Shown: one piece after another, positions 25,261-37,599 of the stretch
Position numbering within the stretch: position 1 is the first letter of the stretch
Layout: every line of letters starts with the position of its first letter
Assembly (NCBI RefSeq): GCF_963921235.1
Contig: NC_086108.1
Span: 68,698,001-68,762,000 of the forward strand
Reading direction: 5' to 3'
DNA: 64,000 bases
Source of the DNA: Mobula hypostoma
Taxonomy: Eukaryota
Position numbers and translations under genes: made by a program
Notes under the pieces: model-generated
The model's database searches: none
What the model saw: only the letters and a program-made list of their open reading frames with translations
What the model was told of the DNA's origin: nothing

Positions 25261-27801
25261 ATCTACTACACACAGAATCTGGTACCCATGTCCTTCAGAA
25301 CCCAGTCAGCTATGTTCTTGAGGTTACCATGCCCATGAAAGTTGCCCACCTCTAATATTCTATGCCCTTTTTGCTATCAATGTTTATTCCTAATTCCTTT
25401 TCCCTGACACTGAGAAATACTGGCAGAGAATAACAAGTGGTAATTTGTAAGTGTTTTTCTCGCCTTTGTTTTACCTAATGCCAAAAGGCAACAAGTGATT
25501 CTGAGCTCACCTTGAGGCCTCCCAGAGCCTTCTCTTCTGACCACCACCTCTGGAAGGTCTGTTTTACCAATGAACAGAATGCACACAGAATTGGACAAGA
25601 GGTAGAAATTTGTGGGTGTACTTTGTAAGATCAACTGGGCTGGGACTCCCTTTGTCACTCTGAATATGTTCCCTGGGTCAGCTCAAGGTTTCCACTTAGT
25701 TTTGTACAACGTCACAATCTAGTCAAGTTCACAATCTGTGTTCTAACTTGTTGCATACTCTGGAAGTGGCCTGTGGGAAGGGGTCTTTTGGAGCTGCCTC
25801 TCCAATCTTTAAAAAGCAAACAGGGAAAATTATAAGATGGGGCTAGGCATGAACTATAACTTGCTTTTTTTTCAGATATCCCATGAAGATATATATGATA
25901 AAGCCTTAAGTTACTAGATAACAATGTCACAGAATAACAATACTGGTACATTACCTGACATGAGTGGGTCAATCCTTCACAAACTGCAGAATTTCCAGGA
26001 TCCTTCTCTATTACATCTTTATACCAATACGCACTTCACTTTTCAGTATTTTCCAAGTTCATAATCAATGAGTTGTCAGCACGCTGCTGTGACTAGCAAC
26101 TGCTCAATATAGTAAATGTAATATGTGCATATATAACCAAGATAAGCAGTGGTATTTACTTAAAGTTTTTGACATTTGGACAAAATTGTTTACAGGATTA
26201 CTTCTGCAAAATTCTTTTCATGAAATTAACATGATCAAAAATTCAAAATCACAGCTTCTGTGATTTGTAATCAGACCTTGAAATCAAAAACTAGCATTGA
26301 GATAAATTTGGTATTTCATTGATTAAGTAATTTAGTTTACAAACTTGATAAAAACCATGAAAGTTTCCACCTAGTAAATGCTACCAAAATAAACCAAAAA
26401 TGTATTTTGTGAAAAACAACAATGAATTGTCACAAATGTTTTCTGTTCATTATGTGAAGAGAAAATCCCTTATGACAAACTATTCCCTAAAGACATCTGA
26501 CAACAACAGGTTTACAAACAGATTATGAAACCACTTCAGTATGTAAACTGCAATTTTACTCAGCTGTCAAGTGTGAACTATACACATTAATTTCAAAATT
26601 GTTTCACCTGAGCCAGTGACACATTTAATCTTGATAGCTTACCATAACTGACAGTATGCTATCCAGATATTTCAAATCAGATGCAGTGGCAAGTCGAAAC
26701 AATTTAAGATCAATTCCATTCATCTCTTGCATAACAAATATCCCATGAATCACAGTAATTACACTGAACTAGTCAGTCATTCAAGCGTCTAAAGCTCGAG
26801 TTCCATATATGATAATATTAAAATCTGCTTTAACCTTCATTTTAAACCACAACATAATTAGTTTTAACCCAAATGAAGAAAAGGTCATTGAATTTTATTT
26901 TTTGATCTTATGTTGAATTATGAAATATAAGCATCCAATAAAACAAGTTTCATATTTAAAGCAAGGGCAATGAATATCATTAGAATTGGATTTCCTGTTA
27001 AGAATGCAATTAAAGTTAGTTAATGTGATGGAAAAACTAGGAACATTCCATATGTAGAAAGCAGCAAGGCAGGACTGAAATTTGAGATGTTTGAGTGGGC
27101 AACTTCTCTCAGGATTTCCTTGTATATTGTTGGAACTGGGAAATAGCAAAATAGTAGCCTTGCCAAGAAACAATTAAATGAATAACAGCAAAACCAACAT
27201 TAGATTGCTTGAATTTCCAGCATCTGCAGAATTCCTGTTGTTTGCGATTAGATTGGATTTTATGCTGAGTGCTTAAAAAAGATTTGTTAAACAATCTAAC
27301 AAAATGGGTGAAAAAACTTTTCTCACGTTTATTTTAAAGAGGCAAATAGGATAAACAAGATTCTGTGACCAGGCTACTTCTCTTCAAATATGCTTCTTAG
27401 CTAAAGTATTTCCATTACTTCTGTTATACTTTAGGAAGTTCCTAACCCTTTCAATAATACTTTCAATATCACTAAAGTCACTTAAAAATGATTCGTTGTG
27501 AGTAACTCTTGCCCTGTGACTGATTTCACTATGGTACTGCTAGAGGTATGGATCTAGTTAAACTTGATTACCCTCCCACACCCAAATGAAAAGGTACTTG
27601 AAAAGATACAAAAAACACACAGAACTGAGGAACTTTGGCAGTGCAATGCAAGGAGCATTTGTTTGTGAACTGAAAACTGTAAAAGTGAACTAACGTTAAA
27701 TATTATGCATGAGTATAACTCAAAAATCACATTATTTGGGGAACAATATTTCACAGTTACTAGAATTAACAGGGCAACAATAAACAATGCTTCACAGATA
27801 A

Positions 27802-29615
27802 CACGCGAAAATCTGTAGATGCTGGAATTTCAAGCAACACACATAAAAGTTGCTGGTGAACACAGCAGGCCAGGCAGCATCTATAGGAAGAGGTACAGTC
27901 GACGTTTCGGGCCTAGACCCTTCGTCAGGACTAAATGAAAGTAGAGATAGTAAGAGATTTGAAAGTGGGAGGGGGGAGGGGGAGATCCAAAATGATAGGA
28001 GAAGACAGGAGGGGGAGGGATGGAGCTAAGAGCCAGACAGTTGATTGGCAAAAGGGATATGAGAGGATCATGGGATGGGAGGCCTAGGGAGAAAGAAAGG
28101 GTGAGGGGGGAAGCCCAAAGGATGGGCAAGGTGTATAGTGAGAGGGACAGAGGGAGAAAAAGGAGAGAGAGAAAATAATAATAATAATAAAAATAAATAA
28201 ATAACGGATGGGGTACGAAGGGGAGGTGGGGCATTAACAGAAGTTAGAGAAGTCAATATTCATGCCATCAGGTTGGAGGCTACCCAGACGGAATACAAGG
28301 TGTTGTTCCTCCAACCTGAGTGTGGCTTCATCTTTACAGTAGAGAAGGCCGTGGATAGACATATCAGAATGGAAATGGGATGTGGAATTAAAATGCGTGG
28401 CCACTGGCAGATCCTGCTTTCTCTGGCAGACAGAGCATAGGTGTTCAGTGAAACTGTCTCCCAGCTTGTGTCGGGTCTCACCAATATATAGAAGGCCGCA
28501 TCGGGAGCACTGGACGCAGTATATCACCCCAGCCAACTCACAGGTGAAGTGTCGCCTCACCTGGAAGAACTGTCTGGGGCCCTGAATGGTGGTGAGGGAG
28601 GAAGTGTAAGGGCATGTGTAGCACTTGTTCCGCTTACAAAGATAAGTTCCGGGAGGGAGATTGGTGGGAAGGAATGTGCGGGACAAATGGACAAGGGAGT
28701 CGCGTAGGGAGCGATCCCTGCGGAAAGCGGGGGCGGGGGGAGGGAGGGAAAGATGTGCTTAGTGGTGGGATCCCACTGGAGATGGCGGAAGTTATGGAGA
28801 ATTATGTTGGACCCAGAGACTGGTGGGGTGGTAGGTGAGGACAAGAGAAACCCTATTCCTAGTGGGGTGGTGGGAGGATGGGGTGAGAGCAGATGTGCGT
28901 GAAATGGGAAAGATGCGTTTGAGATGGTGGAGGAAGGGAAGCCCCTTTCTTTAAAAAAGGAGGACACCTCCTTCGTCCTGTAATGAAAAGCCTCATCATG
29001 AGAGCAGATGCAGCGGAGACAGAGGAATTGCGAGAAGGGGATGGCACTTTTGCAAGAGACAGGGTGAGAAGAGGAATAGTCCAGGTAGCTGTGAGAGTCA
29101 GTAGGCTTATAGTAGACATCAGTGGATAAGCTGTCTCCAGAGACAGAGACAGAAAGATCAAGAAAGGGGAGGAAGGTGTCAGAAATGGACCAGGTAAACT
29201 TGAGGGCAGGGTGAAAGTTGGAGGCAAAGTTAATGAAGTCAACAAGCTCAGCATGTATGCAGGAAGCAGCGCCAATGCAGTCGTCGATGTAGCGAAGGAA
29301 AAGAGGGGGACAGGTACCAGTAAAGGCTTGGAACATGGATTGTTCCACAAAGCCAACAAAAAGGCAGGCATAGCTAGGACCCATACGGGTGCCCATGGCT
29401 ACACCTTTAGTTTGGAGGAAGTGGGAGGGGCCAAAGGAGAAATTATTAAGAGTAAGAACTAGTTCCACTAGACGGAGCAGAGTGGTGGTAGAGAGGAACT
29501 GATTAGGTCTGGAATCCAAAACGGTGGACAGCTTTGAGACCTTCCTGGTGGGGGATGGAAGTATATAGGGACTGGACATCCATGGTGAAAATAAAGCGGT
29601 GGGGGCCAGATAAAC
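27802..29615 (-). mobile_element. Penelope-like retroelement (RT + GIY-YIG endonuclease + pLTR), 5'-truncated
   Basis: RT QTKGVAMGTRMGPSYA and LRYIDD; Cys-rich linker CKRNKCYTCPY; GIY-YIG GVIYCVQCSRCGLLYIGET. Flanking duplication cttcacagataa (27790-27801 / 29616-29627). Confidence 0.93.
27897..27932 (-). ncRNA. Minimal type I hammerhead ribozyme motif (Penelope pLTR)
   Basis: Minus strand reads AGUC-CUGACGA-A-GGGUCUAGGCCC-GAAA-CGUC^GACU: stem I AGUC/GACU, catalytic boxes CUGANGA and GAAA, GUC cleavage triplet. Confidence 0.75.
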
Positions 29616-30477
29616 CTTCACAGATAAACCTTTTAACATTGATAATAAAGTGATCTCAATTAACAGCCAAAGTGAGACATCATCTGATTAACCAAGTAGA
29701 ATACAAGTGAAAAAAATCACTCCAAAATGAAGTTTTTATGTACAGGACCTTGTGTGCTCAGTACACAAGATCAGTAAAATGTTATTATTAAATACAGACA
29801 ATGCATCGTTAGTATTCCTGTTGAAGGCACCAACAAAAGTTTAACATAATGAGTTACATAAAAGGGTTTTTCTTTAACTTTGCAGGGCTTTAAAAAAGCC
29901 TTCTTATAATTGTTTTATAAACATTTTACTTGCTGAAACTCTTCACTTGCATTGGTTCATTATATCACCTGACTTTATCAGGCACACCCTACTTCAGAAA
30001 TACACATACTAACGCTGCTCATTCTTTCCATAATCTTGGCCATAGTAATTATCTAACTGAGAATAAAAAAGATTGTAATTCCATTACTCTCCATATCAAA
30101 AAAAACATATCCACAGAAAAACACAAACTCAAATAAAGTAATATAAAGCCACATACAATGAATAACTGGTCATTTGACTTCAAGTTATTCCTTGACATTG
30201 CAAGTTGACAACAAAAGCAGGAATCCTAATGGAAATAAAAAACATGTTAAATCAATACTTTGCATCAGTCTTCACAGTAGGGGAAGAGTGCAAAATAATT
30301 GTAATGCAAAATATAAGAATACCTAATGGAAAATATAATGAGAATTAAGGTAAATGAATTTCATGCTCCAGATGGTTTCCACTTGAACAATTTGAAAAGT
30401 GGTTCTCAGGAAATTACACATAACTTGAGTCATAAACTTCCAAAGCCTTCTTGATTTTGGAATTATGCCACTGAATT

Positions 30478-32420
30478 ACCATATAAACCATATAACAATT
30501 ACAGCACAGAAACAGGCCATCTCGGCCCTTCAAGTCCGTGCGAAACGCTTACTCTCACCTAGTCCCACCGACCTGCACTCAGCCCATAACCCTCCATTCC
30601 TTTCCTGTCCATATAGCTACCCAATTTAACTTTAAATGACAACATCGAACCTGCCTCAACCACTTCTGCTGGAAGCTCATTCCACACAGCCACCACTCTG
30701 AGTAAAGAAGCTCTCCCTCATGTTACCCGTAAACTTTTGCCCTTTAACTCTCAACTCATGTCCTCTTGTTTGAATCTTCCCCACTCTCAATGGGAAAAAA
30801 CCTATCCATGTCAACTCTATCTATCCCCCTCATAATTTTAAATACCTCTATCAAGTCCCCCCTCAACCTTCTACTTTCCAAAGAATGAAGACCCAACTTG
30901 TTCAACCTTTTTCTGTAACTTGGGTGATGAAACCCAGGTAACATTCTAGTATATCTTCTCTGTACTCTCTCTATTTTGTTGACATCTTTCCTATAATTTA
31001 GTGACCAGAACTGTACACAATATTCCAAATCTGGCCTTACATTACATCCCAACTCCTATACTCAATGCTCTGATTTACAAAGGCCAGCATACCAAAAGCT
31101 TTCTCCACCACCCGATCCGCATGAGAATCGACCTTCAGGGAACTATGCATCATTATTCCTAGATCACTCTGTTCTACTGCATTCTTCAATGCCCTACCAT
31201 TTACCATGTATGTCCTGTTTTGATTAGTCCTACCAAAATGTAGCACCTCACATTTATCAGCATGAAACTCCATCTGCTATCTTTCAGCCCACTCTTCTAA
31301 CTGGCCTAAATCTCTCTGCAAGCTTTGAAAACCTACTTCATTATCCACAACTCCACCTATCTTAGGCTACGTCCACACTACGCCAGATAATTTTGAAAAT
31401 GCCGGTTTCGAGTAAAAACGACAGGCGTACATACTAATCGTTTTTCAAAATATCTCTGTCCACACTAACACGGATATTTGGGTGAATCGCCTCTACTGGG
31501 CACACGCAGGACACACAGAAAACAAGCGAAGAGGAAACGGTATACTTGGTGCGCGTTTATCCAGTTACAGAGTAGAAAAACTTAAAAGGAATTGCTCTTG
31601 GCTCTCATGCAGGAGGACTTAAAACTAAAAAAAACAAATACTGGAGCATATGGAGGCAACTGACAGGGAGCTCACGGACAGTACGACCTGGCTGACGACG
31701 AACATTGAAAAACTGACTAACTCTGTTGCATTAATAAAGCACCTTGTTAAATGTATAAAACATGTCTGCATCAGTCTTATCTTGTACTTCCATACAATGT
31801 TACATTAGGCTGTTACACATCTAATGTCAGAGAAGTACTTGCATAACTAGGTAAACCACCTTCATACAAGCAAGGACAGAAAACAGCAAAGTGAGTATAC
31901 TTATTTATTCAGTAAGTTATGGGTCAAAGTATTTGGTGAGTACGTTTCTAACTCTTCTAACTTCAGCCTCGTTGCCATCTGTTCTGAAATTGTTAGGTTC
32001 TGCGAAGCGCAGAATCAAATATTGCTGTGATGATTGTACACTCTAGTATCAATTGTTTGGCGACAATAAAGTAGTAGTAATAATAATAATAATAAGAAGA
32101 AGAAGAAAAAGAAAACAATGAAATGCCATGCTGCCGCTATCTGTTCTGGCACGTCATGACAGCGGTTTTAAAAAGCGGTTACCCCGTACATACTGCAATG
32201 GATATTAGGCGTTTTCAGATATATTCACTCTGGAGACCGTTTCTGAAAATCTCCATTTTCAGGGGATGAAAAGGCCGTTTTAGTGTGGACAGAGGGTCAA
32301 AAAAATGAGAAAAAGCTTCGTTTTCGAAATTATCCGGTGTAGTGTGGACTTAGTATCATCTGCATACCTGCTAATCCAATTTACCACCCCATCATCCAGA
32401 TCATTAATGTATATGTATAT
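30478..32420 (-). mobile_element. CR1 3' fragment split by a Harbinger-type MITE
   Basis: INDLDDGVVNWISRYADDTK|IGG, KCEVLHFGRTN, RPDLEYCVQFW; tail (ttatatgg)n. Confidence 0.9.
31365..32349. mobile_element. PIF/Harbinger-like non-autonomous element
   Basis: TIRs ggctacgtccacactacgccagataattttgaaaa / ttttcgaaattatccggtgtagtgtggac; TTA on both flanks; subterminal gtccacacta repeats. Confidence 0.75.
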
Positions 32421-33701
32421 GTATAATGAATTGTAAAATGTCACTCTATGACTTAGGATGGGTGGGAGGTCAAGATGCATAGCATCCCACTATTAAACTA
32501 ACTTCAGTTGTGGATACCGTAATGTGTCAAGGAAGGATCACTGACTGGTTGGACAAGTTTAATACTGGTATTGGTATCGGTTTATTGTTGTCACATATAC
32601 AAAGATAAAGTGAAAAGCATGTCTTGCATACTGTTTATACAGGCCAAATCATTGAACAGTGCATTAAGCTAGAATAAGGTAAAGCAACAGCAATGGAGAA
32701 TAAAGTGTAAAAGCTAACAATAAAGTGCAGTGCAGGTAAATGATAAACTGCAAGATAATAACAAGGTAGATGGTGAAGCCAAGAGTCCATCTTATCAAAC
32801 AAGAGTCTGGTAACTGTGAGACAAGGAGCTGTCCTTCAGCTTGGTGCACATGCTTTCAGGCTTTTATATCTTCTGCCCAATTGGAGGGGGAGAAGAGAGA
32901 ATGTAAGTGGTGGGTTGGGGTCTTTGATTATGCTGACTACTTTACCGAGGCATCCAGAAGTATAGAGAATCCATAAAGGGGAGGTTGATTCCTGTGATGT
33001 GCTGAGCTGTGTCCACAACTCTCTGTAGTTTCTTGCAGTCACATGCAGAAGAGTTGCCATACCAAGCTATTATACATTCAGAGAAAATGCTTCTATGGTG
33101 CATTGATAAAAATTGGTAAAAGTCATCAGGGACATGCCAAATTTCTTTAGCCTCCTGAGGAAGAGGCATTGGTGAGCTTTCTTGGTTGTGATATCACCAT
33201 GATTGGAATAGGACAGGCTATTGGTGATGTTCACACCAAGGATCTTGAATGCTCAAACTCAACACCATTGATATAGACAGAAACATGTGCATTACCCCCC
33301 CCCCACCCCATTTTCCAAAGTCAATGACAGGCTCTTCTGTTTTGTTAACATTGAGGGCAAGGTTGTTGTCATGACACCATGTCACTAAGCTCTCTATCTT
33401 GTTCCTGTACTCTGACTCTTCGCTATTTGAGATGCAGCCCAGTGGTATGTTCTGCATACATATAGAATGGCCACACACATTAGTGCACAGGGAGTAGAGT
33501 AAGGCTGAATAATCCTGTTTAGAATAATCATGACAAAGGTGTTGCTGCCTATCCTTACTAATTGAGGTCTGCTGGTCAGAAAGTCAAGGATCATGTTGCA
33601 TAGGGAGGCATTGACTCCCACAGTCCGGAGTTTATTGACGAGTTTGCTTGGAATAATAGCACTGAAGCAGAACTGTGGTCAATAAACAATAGTTTGATGT
33701 A

Positions 33702-33914
33702 ACACACATCAAAGTTGCTGGCGAACGCAGCAGGCCAGGCAGCATCTCTAGGAAGAGGTACAGTCGACGTTTCGGGCCGAGACCCTTCGTCAGGACCCGG
33801 CCTGAAACGTTGATGGTACCTCTTCCTAGAGATGCTGCCTGGCCTGCTGTGTTCACCAGAAACTTTGATGTGTGTTTCTTGAATTTCCAGCATCTGCAGA
33901 TTTCCTCGTGTTTG
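33702..33914. mobile_element. Penelope-derived hairpin (inverted pLTR) mini-element
   Basis: About 78-bp inverted arms; TSD aatagtttgatgta (33688-33701) / aatagtttcatgta (33915-33928). Confidence 0.85.
33762..33797 (-). ncRNA. Minimal type I hammerhead ribozyme motif
   Basis: GGUC-CUGACGA-A-GGGUCUCGGCCC-GAAA-CGUC^GACU on the minus strand. Confidence 0.7.
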
Positions 33915-34124
33915 AATAGTTTCATGTAGGTGCCTTTACTGTCCAGGTGCTTCAGTGATGAGTATAGGGCCAGGAAGACGGCGCCCACTGTAGAACTGTT
34001 TCAGTGATAGGCAAATTGCAGTGGGTTGAGGTTGTTTGGAAAGCTGGAGTTGATGTGTGGCATGAACAGCTTCTCGGAGGTACATGTTAGAGCCACTGAG
34101 TGGTAGTTATTGGAGCACATTATC

Positions 34125-34895
34125 TTCAAAGTTCAAAGTATATTTATTATCAAAGTATTTATACTACCTACAACCTTGAGATTCGTCTCCTTACAGGCAG
34201 CCACAAAACAAAGGAACTCCCTACAACGCACTGGAAAAAAGACCATCAAACACCCAATGTGCAGAATAAAAACAAATTGAGCAAAGAATAAAAGTAGGCA
34301 AATAACATTCAGAACTGAAGTTCAAGAAAGTGAGTCCACACTCTTTAAGCCAGTCACAGCCGATCCAGGAGTCCATTAGTTTCAGGTCATGGTCTCAACT
34401 CAGTGCAGAGACGAGTAAACCTTGCAGAGCAGCGAGCTGAACACTGGCCTGTTCCTTGCCTTTGGCCCCAACACCTTGACCTTTTCAATCTGGCCAGGCA
34501 CTTAAATTGACCAAACCTCAGGTTGTTCCTCTCTCTCAGATCCAGGGTCTGCTGCTCTTGGGCCTGGGCCCCATCACCTCGACTGTGCTTTCTGTCAGTT
34601 CTGCCACTTTGAATCACCTCCAAGTCCGCTCTAGCAGTGGCCAAACATTGGCTCAATCGCAGCTGCCTCAATTCGGACTGTACACGCAACATTGCAACTG
34701 TCCTGCACCTTCTAGACTTCAATTCACACCACAAAAATGCCAGGTCATATAGGCCGTTCAAAAGCTCAACTCCAAAAGGGAAGTTACAGGCTACTGATTG
34801 CAATGATCATTTGAAAAAAGTGCGAGTAATGAAATAGCTAATGGTTGTGTTTGCTACCAGTAAGTTGTCGATGTGCTTCACCAGCGCAATCTTAA
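34125..34895 (-). mobile_element. Probable non-autonomous retroelement with a LINE-type 3' tail
   Basis: Minus-strand 3' end gataataaatatactttgaactttgaa resembles the Rex tails; 5' end aagattgcgctggtg; no recognisable ORF. Confidence 0.4.
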
Positions 34896-35359
34896 ACCCA
34901 TCTTGCTTTTCTTGGGTACCAGGATGAAAATAGCCTTCTTAAAGAAGCGGGATTCTTAAAGCTGGAGAGAATCACAGCCTGAAGCAAATACCCTGCCAAA
35001 ACCACCAGCTGGGCCTGATGCTTTACGCAGTTCACCCTCCAGAAGCCTAATCTTATGGCGATGATGGTGACTGCAGATTCAGATGCGCAGGTGACTATCA
35101 GAGTGGTGATGACATATCCGCTTCCTTCTGTTCCAAGTATCCCAAGAATATATTCAGCTCATCGGGAAGGTTGTTGTTGGCAATGATGTTTGACTTCATT
35201 TTGTAGCCTTTTATAGTTTCTAAGCCCTGCCGCAGCTGACAGCTGCAATAAGACTCAATATTGGACTAGTATTGTCTCTTTGCATCTCTGATAGCTTTAT
35301 GGAGATCATAGAACATAGAAACATAGAAAACCTACAGCACAATACAGGCCCTTTGGCCC

Positions 35360-37230
35360 TCTAGAGACTTTCGCATCGTCTTGGTGAGTGTCCATGTCTC
35401 ACATCCGTACGTGAGAACGGACTTCTATGAAAATCCTCTTTTTAAGCCCTCTGGTCAGGTTCGACTTCCAGATTTCCTTCATGTTGTTCATAGCCCTCCA
35501 CGCCAGCACTTTCCGTATCCTTATGTCCTTCTCCGAACTCATCATTCTTGACCCGAGGTACTTGTAGTCAAAGACTTTCTTAATGGTATCATTCTCTACG
35601 GTCTTGAGAGTAGCTTCATCGCAGTTAAACGCCATGTACTCTGTCTTTTTAGCATTTAGGTGAAGTCCAACTTTATTTCACTCAATTTCCACTTTTGTCA
35701 GTAGCTGCTGTCCTTCCTCCATCTGGTCAAAGAGCAGGACTACGTCATCTGCAAAATCGAGATCTGTGAGCGTAACTGGTCTGACCCTTTTGGTTTGTCA
35801 TGGTTTTATGGTAAAACCAAGCTTGTCATGATCTCTGGTAGCAGAGCGTAATCAAGGACGATTATAAAGATGTAGGGTGTCAGTGTCTCCTTGCAGCACA
35901 CCAGCTAGGAGCTCGAACACTGCTGTTTCTCCGTCTGATGATAAAACTTTTGCCATGGTTTAGGTATAGCTGGACTCTATTGCTCTCAGTAGATGGTCTG
36001 GCACTCCGTAAGCTTTCAGGATCTTCAGCATTTTACCTCGGTGAATGGAGTCAAAAGCTTTGCGAAAACCGATGTAAGTAAGCACGGCTGGTAGGTTGTT
36101 CCTCTTGAATTCCTCGATGATCCTACGGAGAGCAAGTATTTGCATTACTGTTGTGCACTTCTGCCGAAAACCATTCTGATTGAATCTTAGCTTAGGGTCA
36201 ATGGCAATACGAATCCTGTTCAAAATCATCCGATTGTATAACTTTGCTAAGATGCAGGTCAAGCTGACACCGTGGTAGTTATCTGTCTTTGTGAGGGATC
36301 CAGACTTGGGGACTGGGATAATGTTTGAGGGTGACCACTGTTCTGGTTTGTCGCCTTTCATTAGTGCTGTATTATATATGTCCAGCAAGATGTTGTCCAG
36401 GTCGCAGTTCTTCAGGACATCTGGTGGTATCCCATCTGGTCCAGCGCTCCTGCCCTGTTTGAGTGCATATTTGGCCTTCTTCAGTTCCTCAATGGTGAAT
36501 GGACCGTCATCAATGTTGACTTGCTTTAGTATTGTGGGTATGTCCTCTTCTTCTTCCGTGATCGTTGGAGGGCTTCCCAGCAGGCTCTTAAAGTGGGTAA
36601 ACCATGTCAGGACATAGTCCTCTGCTGTTTTACCACTTATTTGGCCTGAAGGGGACTTCTTCCGTCTACTGATCTCATTGACTAGGTGCCATGCTTCTCC
36701 ATGCTGCATGTCTTCATTAGCAGCTTCTATCTCTCTAATCCTCTCAGCTAGTTCCTCTTCCTTCAGTCGGTCGTAGGTGGCAAACAGATTCTTCTTTGCT
36801 GTCTTGAACTTGCATTGACACTACTCTGTGGTCAGAACTGACCGAGTTGAAGGTGCTGTAGGCTTCTGCGTTGATCACACAACTATGCCATTTTGTTCTC
36901 ACGAGGATGTAATCAAGCTGTTTCCTGTAGATGGAGGCTCTGTTTTCATATGTCCACAGTTTACCAGCTCGCTTCTTGAATTGTGTGTTGGCAGCAATGA
37001 GACTGTGTTCCTGGATGAAATCAACTAGATATGGTCCATTTCTGTCGGTTAAGTCTTGGTATGAGTATGGAACATCTTCCAGTCTGACCTGGGCATTAAA
37101 ATCGCCGAGCACAGCCAGGAAGTTATGTGCCGGTATTGAAGTGACAGCTTAATGAAGTTTACTGTAGACGGCCTCCACCTCCTTCTCCTTGCTGCAGTTG
37201 TGCGGGAAGTAGCAGATGATGGCAGAGGTC
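35360..37230 (-). mobile_element. RTE-clade LINE fragment (EN + RT)
   Basis: LGDFNAQV, QLDYILV, SDHRVV; GRSAGPDGIP, IIPVPKSG, NQNGFR, FRKAFDSIHR, GVLQGDTL, DLDFADD, YKYLGS. Confidence 0.8.
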
Positions 37231-37599
37231 GCCTACTTCCAAGCTCCTTAAACCTGTGTCCTCTCATGTTAGTCATATCTTTATTTATTATAAAGGTCAG
37301 GTTCACCTCATTTTAATGCTGCAAACCTAGACTTCAAAAGAGAGGTGATCTTCCAGTTCATCCCTGGTTTCTGGTTTGGAAACACCTTTCAAGTTTATAT
37401 TTGTGAAAAGTCATATCCGTCTAATTTAACTAGAGATTACTAGAAGGATGGATAAATGAATGTCTTTCAGTATTATTTCTCTACATGAGATTATTAATGG
37501 AAAGCACAGTAAGTTGAAGGAAAAGAGAGAAACATAGTTAACTTTGCATGATGATGATCAAAACTTTGAAATAAAACAAGAAAGAAGAGAATGTGATAG

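Larger units (their letters stand above)
32570..35305 (-). mobile_element. Rex1/Babar-type LINE, fragmented by later insertions
   Basis: [14 protein letters not shown] and WCHDNNLALNVNKTEE; upstream DLHKAIRDAKRQY...NLPDELNIF at about 35150-35305. Confidence 0.75.
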
